Source: Pavona decussata
Taxonomy: Eukaryota
Direction: 5' to 3'
DNA: 64,000 nt
Assembly: GCA_977016875.1 (NCBI GenBank)
Contig: CDRNST010000436.1
Location: 1,612,001-1,676,000, forward strand
In this document: positions 48,692-61,536 of the stretch, piece after piece
Position numbering within the stretch: the stretch's first letter is position 1
How the letters are laid out: each line of letters opens with the position of its first letter
Position numbers and translations under genes: made by a program
Notes under the pieces: generated by a model
Database searches by the model: none
Seen by the model: only the letters and a program-made list of their open reading frames with translations
Told to the model about the DNA's origin: nothing

Positions 48692-50183
48692 AGATATTTT
48701 TGTTCTAAGAAATTTAATTCTTTTGATTTCATTTCTTGAATTTATTTTCAATTCATTTCATTTAATTTCATTTTAAACTTCTTTTGAATTCAAGAAATTC
48801 CCTTTATTCATGACGAGATTCACGAGGTTCTGAAATTGCGGACCCCTACTATTTTGCGCTAACGGCGAAACGTCGCGAGGGGGTCTAGTTTTAAGGAGGC
48901 TCGCAGCAGTTTTTCTGGACTTAAAGTGAAGGTTTTGAAATTATAATCTCGCATAGAAGATAAACTTCGATCTCCTCCATATACTACAATATCATTTCAA
49001 CATATGATCAAAGTTAATTTTCTCATCGGCAGCAACTATTACCATAGCAACGGAAACGCATAGCCTATCATTTTAAACATTGCCGATTATCTCGAAATAT
49101 AGTCAGACACTTTGTGACGAAACTTTAGGGATTTAAACTACTCAATCTAGACGACTTGTAGGTAAAATTAGAAAAAAAATCTGTAAGATCATAAATATCC
49201 ACAGCACGCAAACAGCAGGTAAATAGACCGAGACAAACAAAATAAAACTCTTGTTTGAATAAAGCGAATAACGACTAAAACTTGACCAAGATTTAGCCTT
49301 CTTATCTAATACCGATTTCGGTTCATGAGCCTAAAACTTACGGGAATATCGAAAAGAATTCTTATTTTAACTGCTTGTAATTTAACAGCAAAATCAGTGG
49401 GTGAATTTTAAAGATATCTCGATGTATGCAAAGTAGGAACTTTTTCATTCATCTGAGCTTTATTTTAATTGTTTTCAAACATAAATATCTTAAAATCGGA
49501 GACACCCATGAAGCTCAATATACATTTAGAATGTTTTGCTATGAGGAAAAACCTTTTAACAGAAAAGAAAAAGTGTCGAGTTTTATTTTGCCAGAGATAT
49601 TGGTGAAAAATGCGGGAATAAACAAAATCACCCGGTAAAAATTGATTCCTTATTTACTTGAAAACGTTTTTACAGATTTTTTTTATTTCACCTACAAGTT
49701 GTCTAGATTGAGTAGTTTAAATCCCTAAAGTTTCGTCATATAGTGTCCCGGGCTAGATTTCCAGATAATCAACAATGTTTAAGATAAGAGGCTTTGCGCT
49801 ACCGTTGCTATAGTAATAGTGTTTGCTTGGAAACCGATGAGAAAATTAACTTTGATCATATGTTGAAATATTGATGTAGTATAAAGGAGGTCGAAATTTA
49901 TCTTGTATGCGAGATTGTAATTTCAAAACTTCCACCTTAAGTCCAGAAAAACTGCTGCGAGCCTCCTTCAGAAAGAAAGAGATATTTTTGTTCTAAGAAA
50001 TTTGATTCTGTTGATTTCATTTCTTGAATTAACTTTCAATTTATTTCATTTCATTTCATTTTAAACTTCTTTTGAATTCAAGAAATTCCCTTTGTTCATG
50101 ACCAGATTCACGATGTTCTGAAATTGCGGACCCCTACTGATTTTGCGCTAACGGCGAAACGTCGCACGGGGGTCTAGTTTTAA
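48692..50183. repeat. ~203-bp direct repeats (48692-48894, 49980-50183) flanking the TTAA element
   Basis: agatatttttgttctaagaaattt...gggggtctagttttaa occurs twice; a partial inverted copy lies at 50920-50990. Confidence 0.85.
48895..49966. mobile_element. 1.07-kb non-autonomous element with ~290-bp TIRs, TTAA target (Kolobok-like)
   Basis: ttaa|ggaggctcgcagcagtttttctggacttaa ... ttaagtccagaaaaactgctgcgagcctcc|ttca; arms ~48895-49180 and ~49680-49966. Confidence 0.85.
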
Positions 50184-51800
50184 TCCCCCCCCCCCCCGCC
50201 CCAGCCCCTCCCAGCCCCCAGCATGATAGTCCTTTTAGGATAATCATATTGATCACTTGTCTGTAGAATCCCGGTATAGTTTTTCAAATGAAACGGTCCA
50301 CCAGCATCTAAAATCAGTATTTTTTAAAATGGACACGCTCACACAGAAAATGATATGACAACAACTCGACCGTCACTAGCACCTCGCTTAGGAATCAATT
50401 TTAATAATAGCTTTATCGTGATTGGACAATAACTGTGCACAATTATACTTGAACACTACATTGTGTTCAATGGAAGCAATGCCAATTATCCCCCAGTCGT
50501 AACGGAAAATTCTTCTGACTTTATTAAACCCCTAAAAAATTAATCTAACTTTGAATCGAGGACCGTTTTCTTTCCTTGAGACTCACCTAAACAACAATCA
50601 TTGGCCTGATGGAGAAATTCTCGATAACGGAAATGTGTCGCGTTCAAGCTGATTTACCTTTTTGGATGAATTCAAATACCTATAATTATCAGCGCCTGAA
50701 GGGCATAATTGTAATCTTGCTGTCCAACCGCTTACCTCAAGCTGACAGTATATGAGTGGATTAAATATTACTGTCCCACGTCAACAAAGTTGGAAGTTGA
50801 GATCCATGGATACGACTCGGTGATAATCGGCTAAGAACATCAACTAAGAGTAGCAAAACAAAAACGCCTGTCTAGAACATCGCTTCCATTGAAGACGAGT
50901 GATCATTATGATCAAAAAGACGTTTCGCTATTCACTAGCGCAAAATCAGTAGGGGTCTGCTATTTCAGAACCTCGTGATTCTCGTCATGAGATGGAAAAA
51001 TTCCACTGTTATCCCATATATTACAAACCACTTGAAACTTGAAAAGAACCATTGTATCCCAAAAATCTGATAACGAAAACAGTTACCGAAAAATGATTAG
51101 ATACACTGGGGTATGTGTTGCTTTTTTTACGGGGAGACTGAGGGGACGAGGGGGGGGGGGGGTGGGTGGGTGGGTAAAAAAAGACCAATTTTATTCATAG
51201 TTACAACAAATGTAAAATAATGCTTAAAGTATGAGGACAGTTCGGACTTTACTTGTCTACATGTAAAGGAAATACATCATGAGCATTTAGCAGCAGCTTT
51301 ATCTGGTTTTAGTATATACCAACAAGTGAATAATGCTTTTCGTGCGTTCTAATTGGTTCACTCGGAGGTGATTAGCAACATTCTATTCACTTCCGAGCAG
51401 CTGAAGAGAAACATGGCTTCCCGTAGGTACATTGGTCCGCTAGTTGTTCAGCTTGTGCGGGATATACGAAAGCAATTATTCACCTCAGTGTCGGTGAAAG
51501 AGGTTGATATAAATATCCACCACTAGTCACCTCCACTTCGGTGAAAAACTGATCGGTTGGGTCAATCTCATTATTTCCGATCAGTGATTGAGGAATGCCA
51601 ATCGGTCTCTAGCGCTCGGTGCATAGATTACTTTGGCACGTATAAGTGAGACCACACGTGTATGGGGGACAGGAGGGATGGGAAGGTTGTAGAGGGTGTC
51701 TGCATTAGATAAAGAATAGGGCGCACAATTTTGTAGTTTTAAAGGTACCTTGATAACATTTCGGGTAATAATGTGTTTGTTTGTAATTTTACTTGTCAAG

Positions 51801-51926
51801 GTTGGAGACTTGCAGAAAGTGTTGGTTGATGCCCAGAAGAAGGCAGACGCGCGAAAGGAGGAGCTTCAGACTAAAACTAAGCAAGTCGAAAAGCTGGAAG
51901 TTGTCATAAACGATCTTCAGAACAAG
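51801..51926 (+). CDS. Gene C coding exon 2 (42 codons)
   Basis: acttgtcaag|GTT ... AAG|gttaga; VGDLQKVLVDAQKKADARKEELQTKTKQVEKLEVVINDLQNK; phase 0/0. Confidence 0.8.
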
Positions 51927-52090
51927 GTTAGAATTTTTAGCCTTTAAGCCCCAATAGTGACTGTACTAGAATCTAGGTTCTCCTTAAAATATCACTACTT
52001 TTTCAAGAATACTTTAGTACGTCGATTTATTCCATTTATCGATTAGATGAGAGGTGAAACCAAACAAAGGTCAACTTTCCGGATGTTACG

Positions 52091-52299
52091 NNNNNNNNNN
52101 NNNNNNNNNNNNNNNNNNNNNNNNNNNNNNNNNNNNNNNNNNNNNNNNNNNNNNNNNNNNNNNNNNNNNNNNNNNNNNNNNNNNNNNNNNNNNNNNNNNN
52201 NNNNNNNNNNNNNNNNNNNNNNNNNNNNNNNNNNNNNNNNNNNNNNNNNNNNNNNNNNNNNNNNNNNNNNNNNNNNNNNNNNNNNNNNNNNNNNNNNNN
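52091..52299. other. Assembly gap within a gene C intron
   Basis: Run of N; could hide a small exon. Confidence 1.
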
Positions 52300-52401
52300 G
52301 TTCAATCGGTCATGAATAACGCACTGTTGATTAGACTAACTAGTATATTGACTGACTGACTGATTGATTGATTGATTCTATTGTTGCATTTGATTCTTAA
52401 G

Positions 52402-52921
52402 GTCATCCCGGAGTTAAAACAGAAACTGAACAAAACCGAAGTCAACATAGAAGTCGCACAGAAGAAGAGCAGCCAACTATCTATTGAGCTCGATCAGGCT
52501 GAAGATCAGCACGACGTGGATGAACAAACCATCGAGAAGCTGCGCCAAGAAAAGAACGCTCTCATGGAGAAGTTGTCCAGGGCCGAGCGCGACATTAGAG
52601 CTGCTGAGGATGCCCGCGACAGAGCCGAAGATCTGGTGTCTTCTTTACAGGACAATGAGAAAACACTACGCACCAAGAATGATAAACTGGATTCAGATCT
52701 GCTGTCCGCGCAAGAGAGAATAAGAGAACTGGAAAATGAGCTCAACAAGAGGCTTGCAGAACCAGAGCTGAAGACTTACAATGTCAATGTCGTAGAGATT
52801 GAACCTATCTTGGAGTCTCCCCCGCCTGGGTTTTCCTTTGGAGATAGCTTGCTTAGAGACGAGAATGAGATACTGAAAAAGAAGGTCGAAGAGCTGAGCG
52901 ATAAAGTAAAGCGACTTGAAG
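52402..52921 (+). CDS. Gene C coding exon 3
   Basis: ttcttaag|GTC ... GAA G|gtaaga (phase 0/1); coiled coil with hinge YNVNVVEIEPILESPPPGFSF. Confidence 0.88.
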
Positions 52922-53616
52922 GTAAGAACACTTAGTACAGGTTCCAACCAGGGATGTTATTATAGGAAACAGCACCATATAGAAAGGCCTGCTGTAAAAC
53001 TTTCTTTTGATCACACTCATTTGGTTACATGTCTGGTTTTCATCCAAGAACTCAAACGTTAGACCCACAATGTACAAGAAAAATAAGCTACACAACAGAA
53101 AGCACTGTTCAATAGCTTTCATTTACATGATCACACCACCCTACGATTTCATTGACAGAGTCAGAAGTGAGAGTCATCTTGTACTGTTCTTGTACTGTAC
53201 TATTCAAGAGTTTTCATTTGAATAGTCACATTACATCATTTCGTACACAAAAAATTAAAATACTTTGTACATGATAATAAATATCAGGAGAGAAAAGACA
53301 AAGTCGTTTTCATTTTACATGGTCACACTGTGAATTTAAAAGTTAATACCACTTCGTCCAAGATGGCAACATGGCGGAAACTTACTGCTGAGTCTGCAGT
53401 ATCGCAGAAGCATACAGAAGGTTACATCTGCATAACCAAGTGAAGGGGTCATTCACAAAATCAATAAGTTAGAGCCATATCATCGGTTCAAGGTTTTTTT
53501 TATTGCAAGCGAAAGGCTCAAACAAAAATGTTTAAGCCAGACACCTAGGCTTAGTTGTCATGGATGGTAAAAACAATTGATTTTCCCGCTGAAGTGACAT
53601 GTTGTTGTTATTATAG

Positions 53617-56600
53617 GCGAGAACTACGACTTGAAGGCAAAGCTTGATGCCGCTTCTAAGGATATCAACAAGTGGGAGGAAAAGTATGAAGACGAGAACA
53701 AGGAAAAGAACAAGATGGTGGCTCAGCTTGAGAATGAGAAGGGCAACTATGGACGGTTGAAGAACGATTACAATGACCTGAAAAACAAGCTAGCGAAGGC
53801 CGAGAGGACGATTGAATACGACAACAAGGAAATAGATAAGAGGGACACAACCATAGAAGACCTGAGAGCAAAAATTTCTGAATTGGAGAAGGAGATTGAA
53901 GACCGAGAGGGTACCATTGCCAAACTTGAATCTAAGTTGGACGATTTGGATAAGGACATGGAACGTCTACACGAGACTGCTCTGGAATATCAAAGGAAAC
54001 ATGGCGATCTGGACAGCGATTACAAAGTCAGTGAAAAGGAGAAAGAGTCGGTGCAGAGGGACCTTGACGAGGTATCCAGGAAGATTGCTGAGTTAGAGAG
54101 CAAGTTGAGAAAATCCGACGAAGAGAAGGATTATTTTCACAAGGAGAACGCTGATCTCAAACAGAAGTTGCTGCGATTGGAGGACGACTTTGAGATGACT
54201 GCGAAGGACAAGACGGTGTTTGAGAATCAAGTGCAAGATTGGACGGACAAGACGAGCAAGCACCGCAAGGTAGCAGAAAATTTGAAGAAGAAGCTAGCTC
54301 AAGCCCAGGAAGAAGCCGAGCAATATAAGAACGAGTTGGCGCAGAAGAATAACAAGATTGAAGAGCTCAATGATAGATTATCAGATCTCAAGTCAAGCTA
54401 CGACACAGCCCAGACTGATCTGTTAAGTGCCAGGGCAGATTGTGATTCTAAAGAAGACGAGATTAAGCACTTGAACAAGAAGCTGGACAACAGGGAAAAC
54501 GAAATCAGCAGACTTGAATCTCAGCTGGAGAAAGTAACGAAAGAGAGGGACAATGCCGAAGTTGAACTGGCTGGTGTCCTTGAAAAGCTTCAGCATATGG
54601 AACCAAAAAGAGTTGTTGATGAAATCAAACCGGTTGAGGTGCAAACTTCATACAGTGCGCCGACAATAGACTTTGAAAGCGACCTCGCCCCACTCCGTCA
54701 GAGGATTTACGAACTCGAAAATGAAAACAACGGCTTACACAAGGCTGAAGAACATCTCCAAAGCGAACTCAAGAACGATGAAGACAAAATCGCTTCATTG
54801 CAGAGGGATCTGAATCGCGCCAACTCCGAAAACGAAGACTGGGAAAGGAAGGCGGCTGATATGAGGAAGAAAATCAATGTTATGGAGAAAGAGGAAGACG
54901 ATCTGTTGGATGCTAATAAGGATCTGAGGGAAAAACTGGATGACCTGAGGCCAGAAGTTGAGAAGCTGCAGAAGAAGGTTGAAACTCTGACTCTTGAGAG
55001 GGACAAGCTAAAGGAATATCTCAGCGATTCCAACGCGAAACTCACGCAAAGCAAAGAAGACTACAATAACAAAACTCTTGATTTTTCAGAACAGGTGAAA
55101 GTAAACTCCACTCTTGGAAAGGCGGTAAAGAAGCATGAAGCTAACTTAGAGTCACTGGGACAAAAAAGCAAGCGGCTGGAAGAGGAGCTAGAAAATCTGA
55201 GGCCGCAACTGAGGGCAGCGTTGGCCAAGAATGAAACACTGGAAGCTGAAAACAAAGAGTTAGACTCTCGCAACAAAATTCAAAAGCGAAAGATCGATGA
55301 CCTGCAAAAGGAACTGCGAGAAGAGATTGAAGCTAAAGAGTTGCTTCAACAGGATGTTGACTCTTTGTCTTATAAGCTGAACGTCGCTGAGGCAAACATC
55401 AAGGCGCTGACGAAACAGAAAAGCGATTTGCAAAGCCTGGTGGATGAGTTAGAGACCAAACTGAGAAAACTCAAGCCAGAGCTGGAACAGACCCGTAACA
55501 AGCTTAAAGAGAAAGATCGTATCATTAGTCGCCTGGAGTCAGATCTGAAAGAGAAAGATTCGCAACTTACCGCAGCCAAACGAAAGATCACTTCTCTAGA
55601 AGACACTGTCACCTCCTCCAGAAAAGAGGCAGAGGCTCTTAAGAGTGCTAATGAAATCAACCGCAATCGCGTGAAGGAGCTTCAAACCCAAATAAAGGAG
55701 ATGAATAATAGCATGCAGAGTGCGGTGGCAAACGTGTCCATCGTTCAGTCAGCGCTCCCTGTCAGCTTCAGAGAAGAAAGACTGCGCAGTAACCCTGACG
55801 AGAGAGTCCATGACTTGGAGACACTACTTAAAAAGAGCGAGGCTCGCGAGGATCAGCTTAGGCAACAGTTGCAACTCTACGAGAACCGCCTTCCACAAGC
55901 AGAAGCAGACGCTAAGAAAGCTCAAGATAAAGCAATCGAAAACCAGCACACCGTCAGCACACTACAAAGAAAACTGGAGGAGGCCAAGAAAATGCTGGAT
56001 AGAAGTAACCGAGAAAAAGAAGACGTTAAGAAGGAGTTAATGGAACTTCGAACGCAATTGACGGTCTTGGAAACCAAAGGCTTAGCCGACGCCAATGAAA
56101 TCAAGTCCTTAGAGAGTCAGTTAGAGCAGGCTCACAGACGTCTGAATGAGACACAAGAAAAACTGTTGGTCATTGATGAAGAACATGTACATCTTCGCCT
56201 GGCTTTAGATGTCCACGACAAAGAAAAGGAAGATCGTAATGCTGCGGTTGGTAGATTACAAGGCAAGAAGGGCGATCTAGAGAAGAGGGTGGAATTCTTG
56301 GAATCCGCTTTAAAATCAAGTCAAGAAAACGGCGATGCACTTAGGGATGATAGAACCAAGTTGCAACAAGAACTTAATGACTTAAAACGTGTAACTCTGG
56401 CTGACTTGAAGCGAAACCTCACCCGGATGCAGGGAGAGAGAGATCGTGCTATAGAAGACTATAAGGCGTTGGCTGCAAATGTTGAGGATCTTGAGAATCA
56501 ATTGGCAGAAGCCCAGGCGAAGAAAAAAGACGTGGAAAGGGATAACGACGATCTAGAGGCAGAGATACGACAGCTAAAGAACGAAATCGAAATCAACCGC

Positions 56601-59600
56601 AAAAAGACCGAGGATTTAGAGGATAAGATCGAAGTATTAAACTTGGAACTCCAGCGGGACGAAAAGGACATTGACGAGTTGAAGGAAGTAAAGAACAGGC
56701 TTGAAGACGAGGTCGCCGACCTACAAGTTAAACTCGCGGAAAAACAAGATGTCATCAACTTCTCGCCCGTTAATGTTGCGCAAGTGGACACCCAGTATGC
56801 AGCCGCACCAGGGTTTGATTTTGGAGCAGATCCAGACGCTCTAAGAGACCTTGAAGACGAAAACATGGACCTCAAAGAGAAAATAAAAAGAGGAGAAATG
56901 GAATACGATGTTCTGCGCCAGCAACTAAACGACTACAAGAACAAGCTGGGAGACTCGGAGGGGAAGAATCACCGCCTCGAGACAAACCTTAAAGATGCAG
57001 AAAATCGTATCAAGGAGCTAGAGAAGAAGTTGCCCGACGCAATAGATGAGCTAAATCTGATGAATGATAAGTATCGTTCCGCGGAGCGTGAACTCGAACT
57101 CTTAAAGGACGAGTTGCAAGATGCACAGAGCAAGTTAAGTACTGCCGAGGCACAGGAAGTTGCTGGATTGGCCAAACTAAAGTCTCTAAAGCAGCAACTT
57201 GAAGCTGCACAGAAGGACCTACTAGACAAGAATGATGAGGTTATCGAAAAACAACGTAAAATTAACGAGCTGTATGCCATTTTGGAGAGTGGGGATAAGG
57301 ACTCTGATCGCTTGAAGCATGTTATCGAGGAGCTGAGAGAAGATGTTGACAACAAAGACAGAGAGAACAACAAGCTGCAGAAAGAGCTACGCCTTACACA
57401 AGACAACGTTGCCAAACTGCAAGCAGCACTGGAAGAAATGGAAGCGAAGTTGCACGATACGGAACATGAGCATGAGGAATACAAAATGAAGGCCGATGGA
57501 CTGAACGTAGAGATTGAAATGCGAGACCGCGCTCTGGAAGAAGCTCAAAGAGAAGTTGATGACTCACGGGACAAACTAAAGGCTGCAAAGAAAGAAATGG
57601 ATACCCTTCGTAGTCAACTCAAGGAAGCTATCGTAGGCTTAAAGGCTGCCAATGACGAAAAGAAGATTCTTGAAGCAAGAATTGCAGAGCTTCAGAGGAT
57701 CATTGAGCAGCTGAGAAAAGAATTGACAGCCAAAAACAGTGCGGTTGCTACTAAATCTGGGGTTAGCAACGCTTACTTAGATGACCTTAGAAACAAGCTC
57801 GCGGAATACCGACAAAAATACCAGGAAGTCAGCAACGAAAAGATGAGACTTGAGCTTGAACTTCGGGATAAAGATGTCAAGATTTCTCAAGTGTCTAGTC
57901 CATCTGATGCACTACGTGAAGAACGAGACCGCCTCAAAGACGAAGTTATCAGTTTGCAAGCCGCCCTTAAAGAAATTAAGAGGAACAACCAGAAAGCTCA
58001 GAGGGAAGTCGAAGAACTCCAACGTGGTTTAGTGTCCAAAGACAGCGAAATTCTGCGCTTGGAAGATAAAATCCGTAAACTGGAGGACGAGAAAGAGAAA
58101 ATGAAAAAGGACCACGCCAACCTAGAAAAGAGGAACTCCGACTTAAAGGTCGAACACGAGAAGCTCAAGTACGAGAAACAGAAAGTAGAAAACGAACTTT
58201 CTCTAATGAAGAAGAAACTCCAGGCCCTGCAAAACCAGCTGAACGCGGTGGATATTCCTAAACAGAACCAAGACGTTGTGAGTAAGAAGAAATATCAAGA
58301 ATTGGAGGCAATTTGCCAAGACGCACTTCGTGAGAAGGAGAAGGCTAAAAGTGACGCGACCGCTTACCGCACAAAGATGGCGAGACTAGAAGCCGAGATG
58401 AACGAGCAGAAGAGAGAGAAGGATGCTTTGGAGGATGAAGTGATTCGCCTGAAAAATATCGAAGCTGAACTCAAAAACAAGCTCCAGAATGCGCGAGACA
58501 GACACAAGGAAGACAAAGACAAGAATCTAGAATGGCGTAAAAATAATTTTGCTCCTTTGGAACAGGAACTACAGAGAGCCAAAGGGCAAATCAAGAAGCT
58601 CGAGAAGACAAATTCAGGCCAGGAAAAAGAAATCGAGGATTTGAAAGACGAACTTGCTGATCGTGAAAAACGAATTGCCGAGTTGGAGGATGAACTTGAA
58701 AACCAGGATGACACCGATGCTGGACCCCTTGACTCAGTTAACATCGATATTAGAGGAGACTCGCAAGCACTTCAAAACGCCCTGGATGAAAAGGCAGATG
58801 CCTTGAAAGAAGTTCAAAAGCTTAAAAGCAAACTCTGGACTCTAGAACACGACATGGATATCCTCAAGACAAAAGAGGCTCAACAAGAAAAGATGGTAAA
58901 TGAGGTGAACAACATGAATGATAAACTGAAAGAAGAGCTGCGTCAGCTAAAGAAAGGAAACTGGGATCAACAAGGATCGCAAAGCAAGCTTCAACAAGAG
59001 ATCAATGATTTAACACGCCAAGTTAACGCACTGAAAGAGGACAAGATAGACCTTGAGAAAGACATCGAGGAACTCCGTGATGAGCTCAACGACGTGAAAA
59101 CCGAAAATCGAAAACTGATGATGGAGAACAAAGAGCTCAAGATTGATCTGCAGCAACTAGAAGTCAAACTACACGAGTTGGAGATGGGCCACAAACTAGC
59201 CAGAGACGACAACGAAAAGATACGAAATGATTTGTTGAAGGCAGAGAACGAGAATGCTGATTTAAGAGACAACCTGAACAAACAAAATGACATCATTTCG
59301 GTGCAGACGGTTGCTGAAGTGGAGAATGCCCCCCCGATGTTTTTTGACGATGATATGGATGGAATAAAGAGAGATAAAGACAAGCTGCAAATCGAGCTGG
59401 ATGCGGCGGAGGATCAGGTTAAACTGCTACAAAACGAGCTTGAAGACATGCAAAGCAAGAACGATAGACTTCAGGATGAATTGACTGAGGCCAGACGGAG
59501 ACTTAAAGAAGATGAGGCAGACATCAAAAAGCTGGACACCGAGGTAGAAAATCTTCATCATGAGATCCAGCTGGCAAACCAAAACAACGACGAGTTACAA

Positions 59601-61172
59601 AACGAAAATGACGATCTCAAGGACGCCAGAAATAATGCTCAGGCTGAGAACGAAGATTTAAAAGCGGAAGTTAAAGATCTGGAGAAAGAATTACAAAAAC
59701 TAAGCAAGGAGAAAGCAGACTTGGAAAGAGAGTTAAAGAGAGCCGGTGACGCGCCCATCGTAAAGAGAAGACCTTCGCGAGATCTTTACAACGAGAAGGA
59801 GAGGAAGATCAGAGAGCTAGCAGACAAAATCTCACAGCTTGAACGGGAAATCCAGAAGGGCGGAGATGAGCTGTCATCTCTGAGAGATGAAAATGAAGAT
59901 CTCCATGCGAAGAACAAAGACCTCCGAGATGAAAACAACTACCTCCACGGCAAGTTAACCCAGATGGATAATGAAGCAAAGAGGGGCAACAAGCAAATCG
60001 AGGATCTTGAAAAGGAAAATCAGGAACTTCAAGATATGCTAGGAAGTGGAAAGGGTGGGATGGATCCCTCCAAAGAAAACGAACTGATGAGAGAGATTGA
60101 TACACTGAATGACAGGAACAACAAGCTTCAGAAATATCTGGACCAAGCCAAGAAAGACAAGAATGACTTGAAAGAACAACTGGATGAGTACAATAACAAG
60201 TTTGACGATAACAACAAGCAGTTATCTGTGCAGATTACGTCACTTTTCGGAGGTCAGAGTGACTTATACAAGAAGGAAATTGAAGAGAAAGACGACAAAA
60301 TTGACAAGCTGCAAAAGGAGAAGTTGGACTTGGCCTTTGAATTGGAACGTTTAAAAGAGGAGTGCGATGCAGACAAGTCCACCCTTTCCGACCTGCAAAA
60401 GAAAAACGATGATTTACAGAGAGACAACAACTCCCTGAAAGACGACAAGGCCAAGCTGGATAACAAGCTTATCGAAGAGATGAACTACAGCAAGGTGAAA
60501 ACTGCTGAGCTGGAAGCCGAGCAGGATATTTTGAAGGGCAAAATCAAAGATAAGGAAGACCTCGTTAAGAAGTACGAAAAGCAAGTACAACAACTCCGTG
60601 AACAGCTGGCCACCTCTGTACCCAGCGACCAAGCTTCTACCACCCTGATCGTGGAACGAAGGCCTAGCCAGCGGCAGCATAGTTTAATGCTGTCCTACCA
60701 AGAGGGTTTGATGAACAGACCCGGTGGGTTGTACCGCTCCGTGAGCGAAACAAGTCTGCCTAATGGAGACGTCTCCAAATCGAGCGACAAATTGGACCAC
60801 TCTGAATTGGGCGAGGTCCTGAGTAAAGAGCTTTCCAGTGGCAGAGGAAGGAAGTCCAATGCTTCTGCTGGTAGAGACCACGTTGGCGAGAAGATAGAAG
60901 CCGCTGAAACGAAACGTACAGAGTCCGAACCGGACTATTCCAGCGTGTTTCGAAGCAGCACACCGATTGAAGAAGTAGAAAAAAAGGGTGGAAGTGGAGA
61001 TTCAGGTAGCAGCCGCTACGGTTCAGGAAGAGACCGAGACACGACTCGAGACAGAGGTAGTCGCTACCGAGACAGGGACACTGACAGCACCAGGGACCGT
61101 GACAGGAGAACGTCGGCAGCAGATAAGGAAAAGGGCAAGGATCGCAGCAGAGCTGAATGCCAGCAAAGCTAG
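53617..61172 (+). CDS. Gene C 7.6-kb terminal exon: coiled-coil rod, R/D/S-rich tail, C-terminal CaaX (whole protein ~2848 aa)
   Basis: ttattatag|GC completes a phase-1 Gly codon, in frame with the 2513-aa ORF; ends RSRAECQQS*. Confidence 0.93.
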
Positions 61173-61530
61173 ATGTGAACAATACTAGAGACCGTAGAGC
61201 AGGCTTATTTTGAGTAACAAGAAACAATTCTCTAGACAAGTTAACTCCATCATAGAATAGTCTCCATGATATTTTTCCTAGTCAGCGCCTTTCACACAGC
61301 TTTCGCAAGCAAATTCAATATAAATTTGAAATCAATGACCTAAATTTTTGCATAGAGCATTGTAGCTTCGTGATTTTGTGATACCGATTTCTTTATTTTT
61401 GCTAACCATTAGCTGAAAATACGTTTGTTTAGCAGTCCACTCGATTTATAATCGAACTAGCTTAATTTAAATTCACTCAGGCGAAGGATACCGAATTATA
61501 ATTGTTGTATTTTTCGTTGATATAAGAGTT

Positions 61531-61536
61531 AATAAA
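61531..61536 (+). terminator. Candidate polyadenylation signal of gene C
   Basis: AATAAA ~360 bp after the stop codon, preceded by U-rich sequence. Confidence 0.55.
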
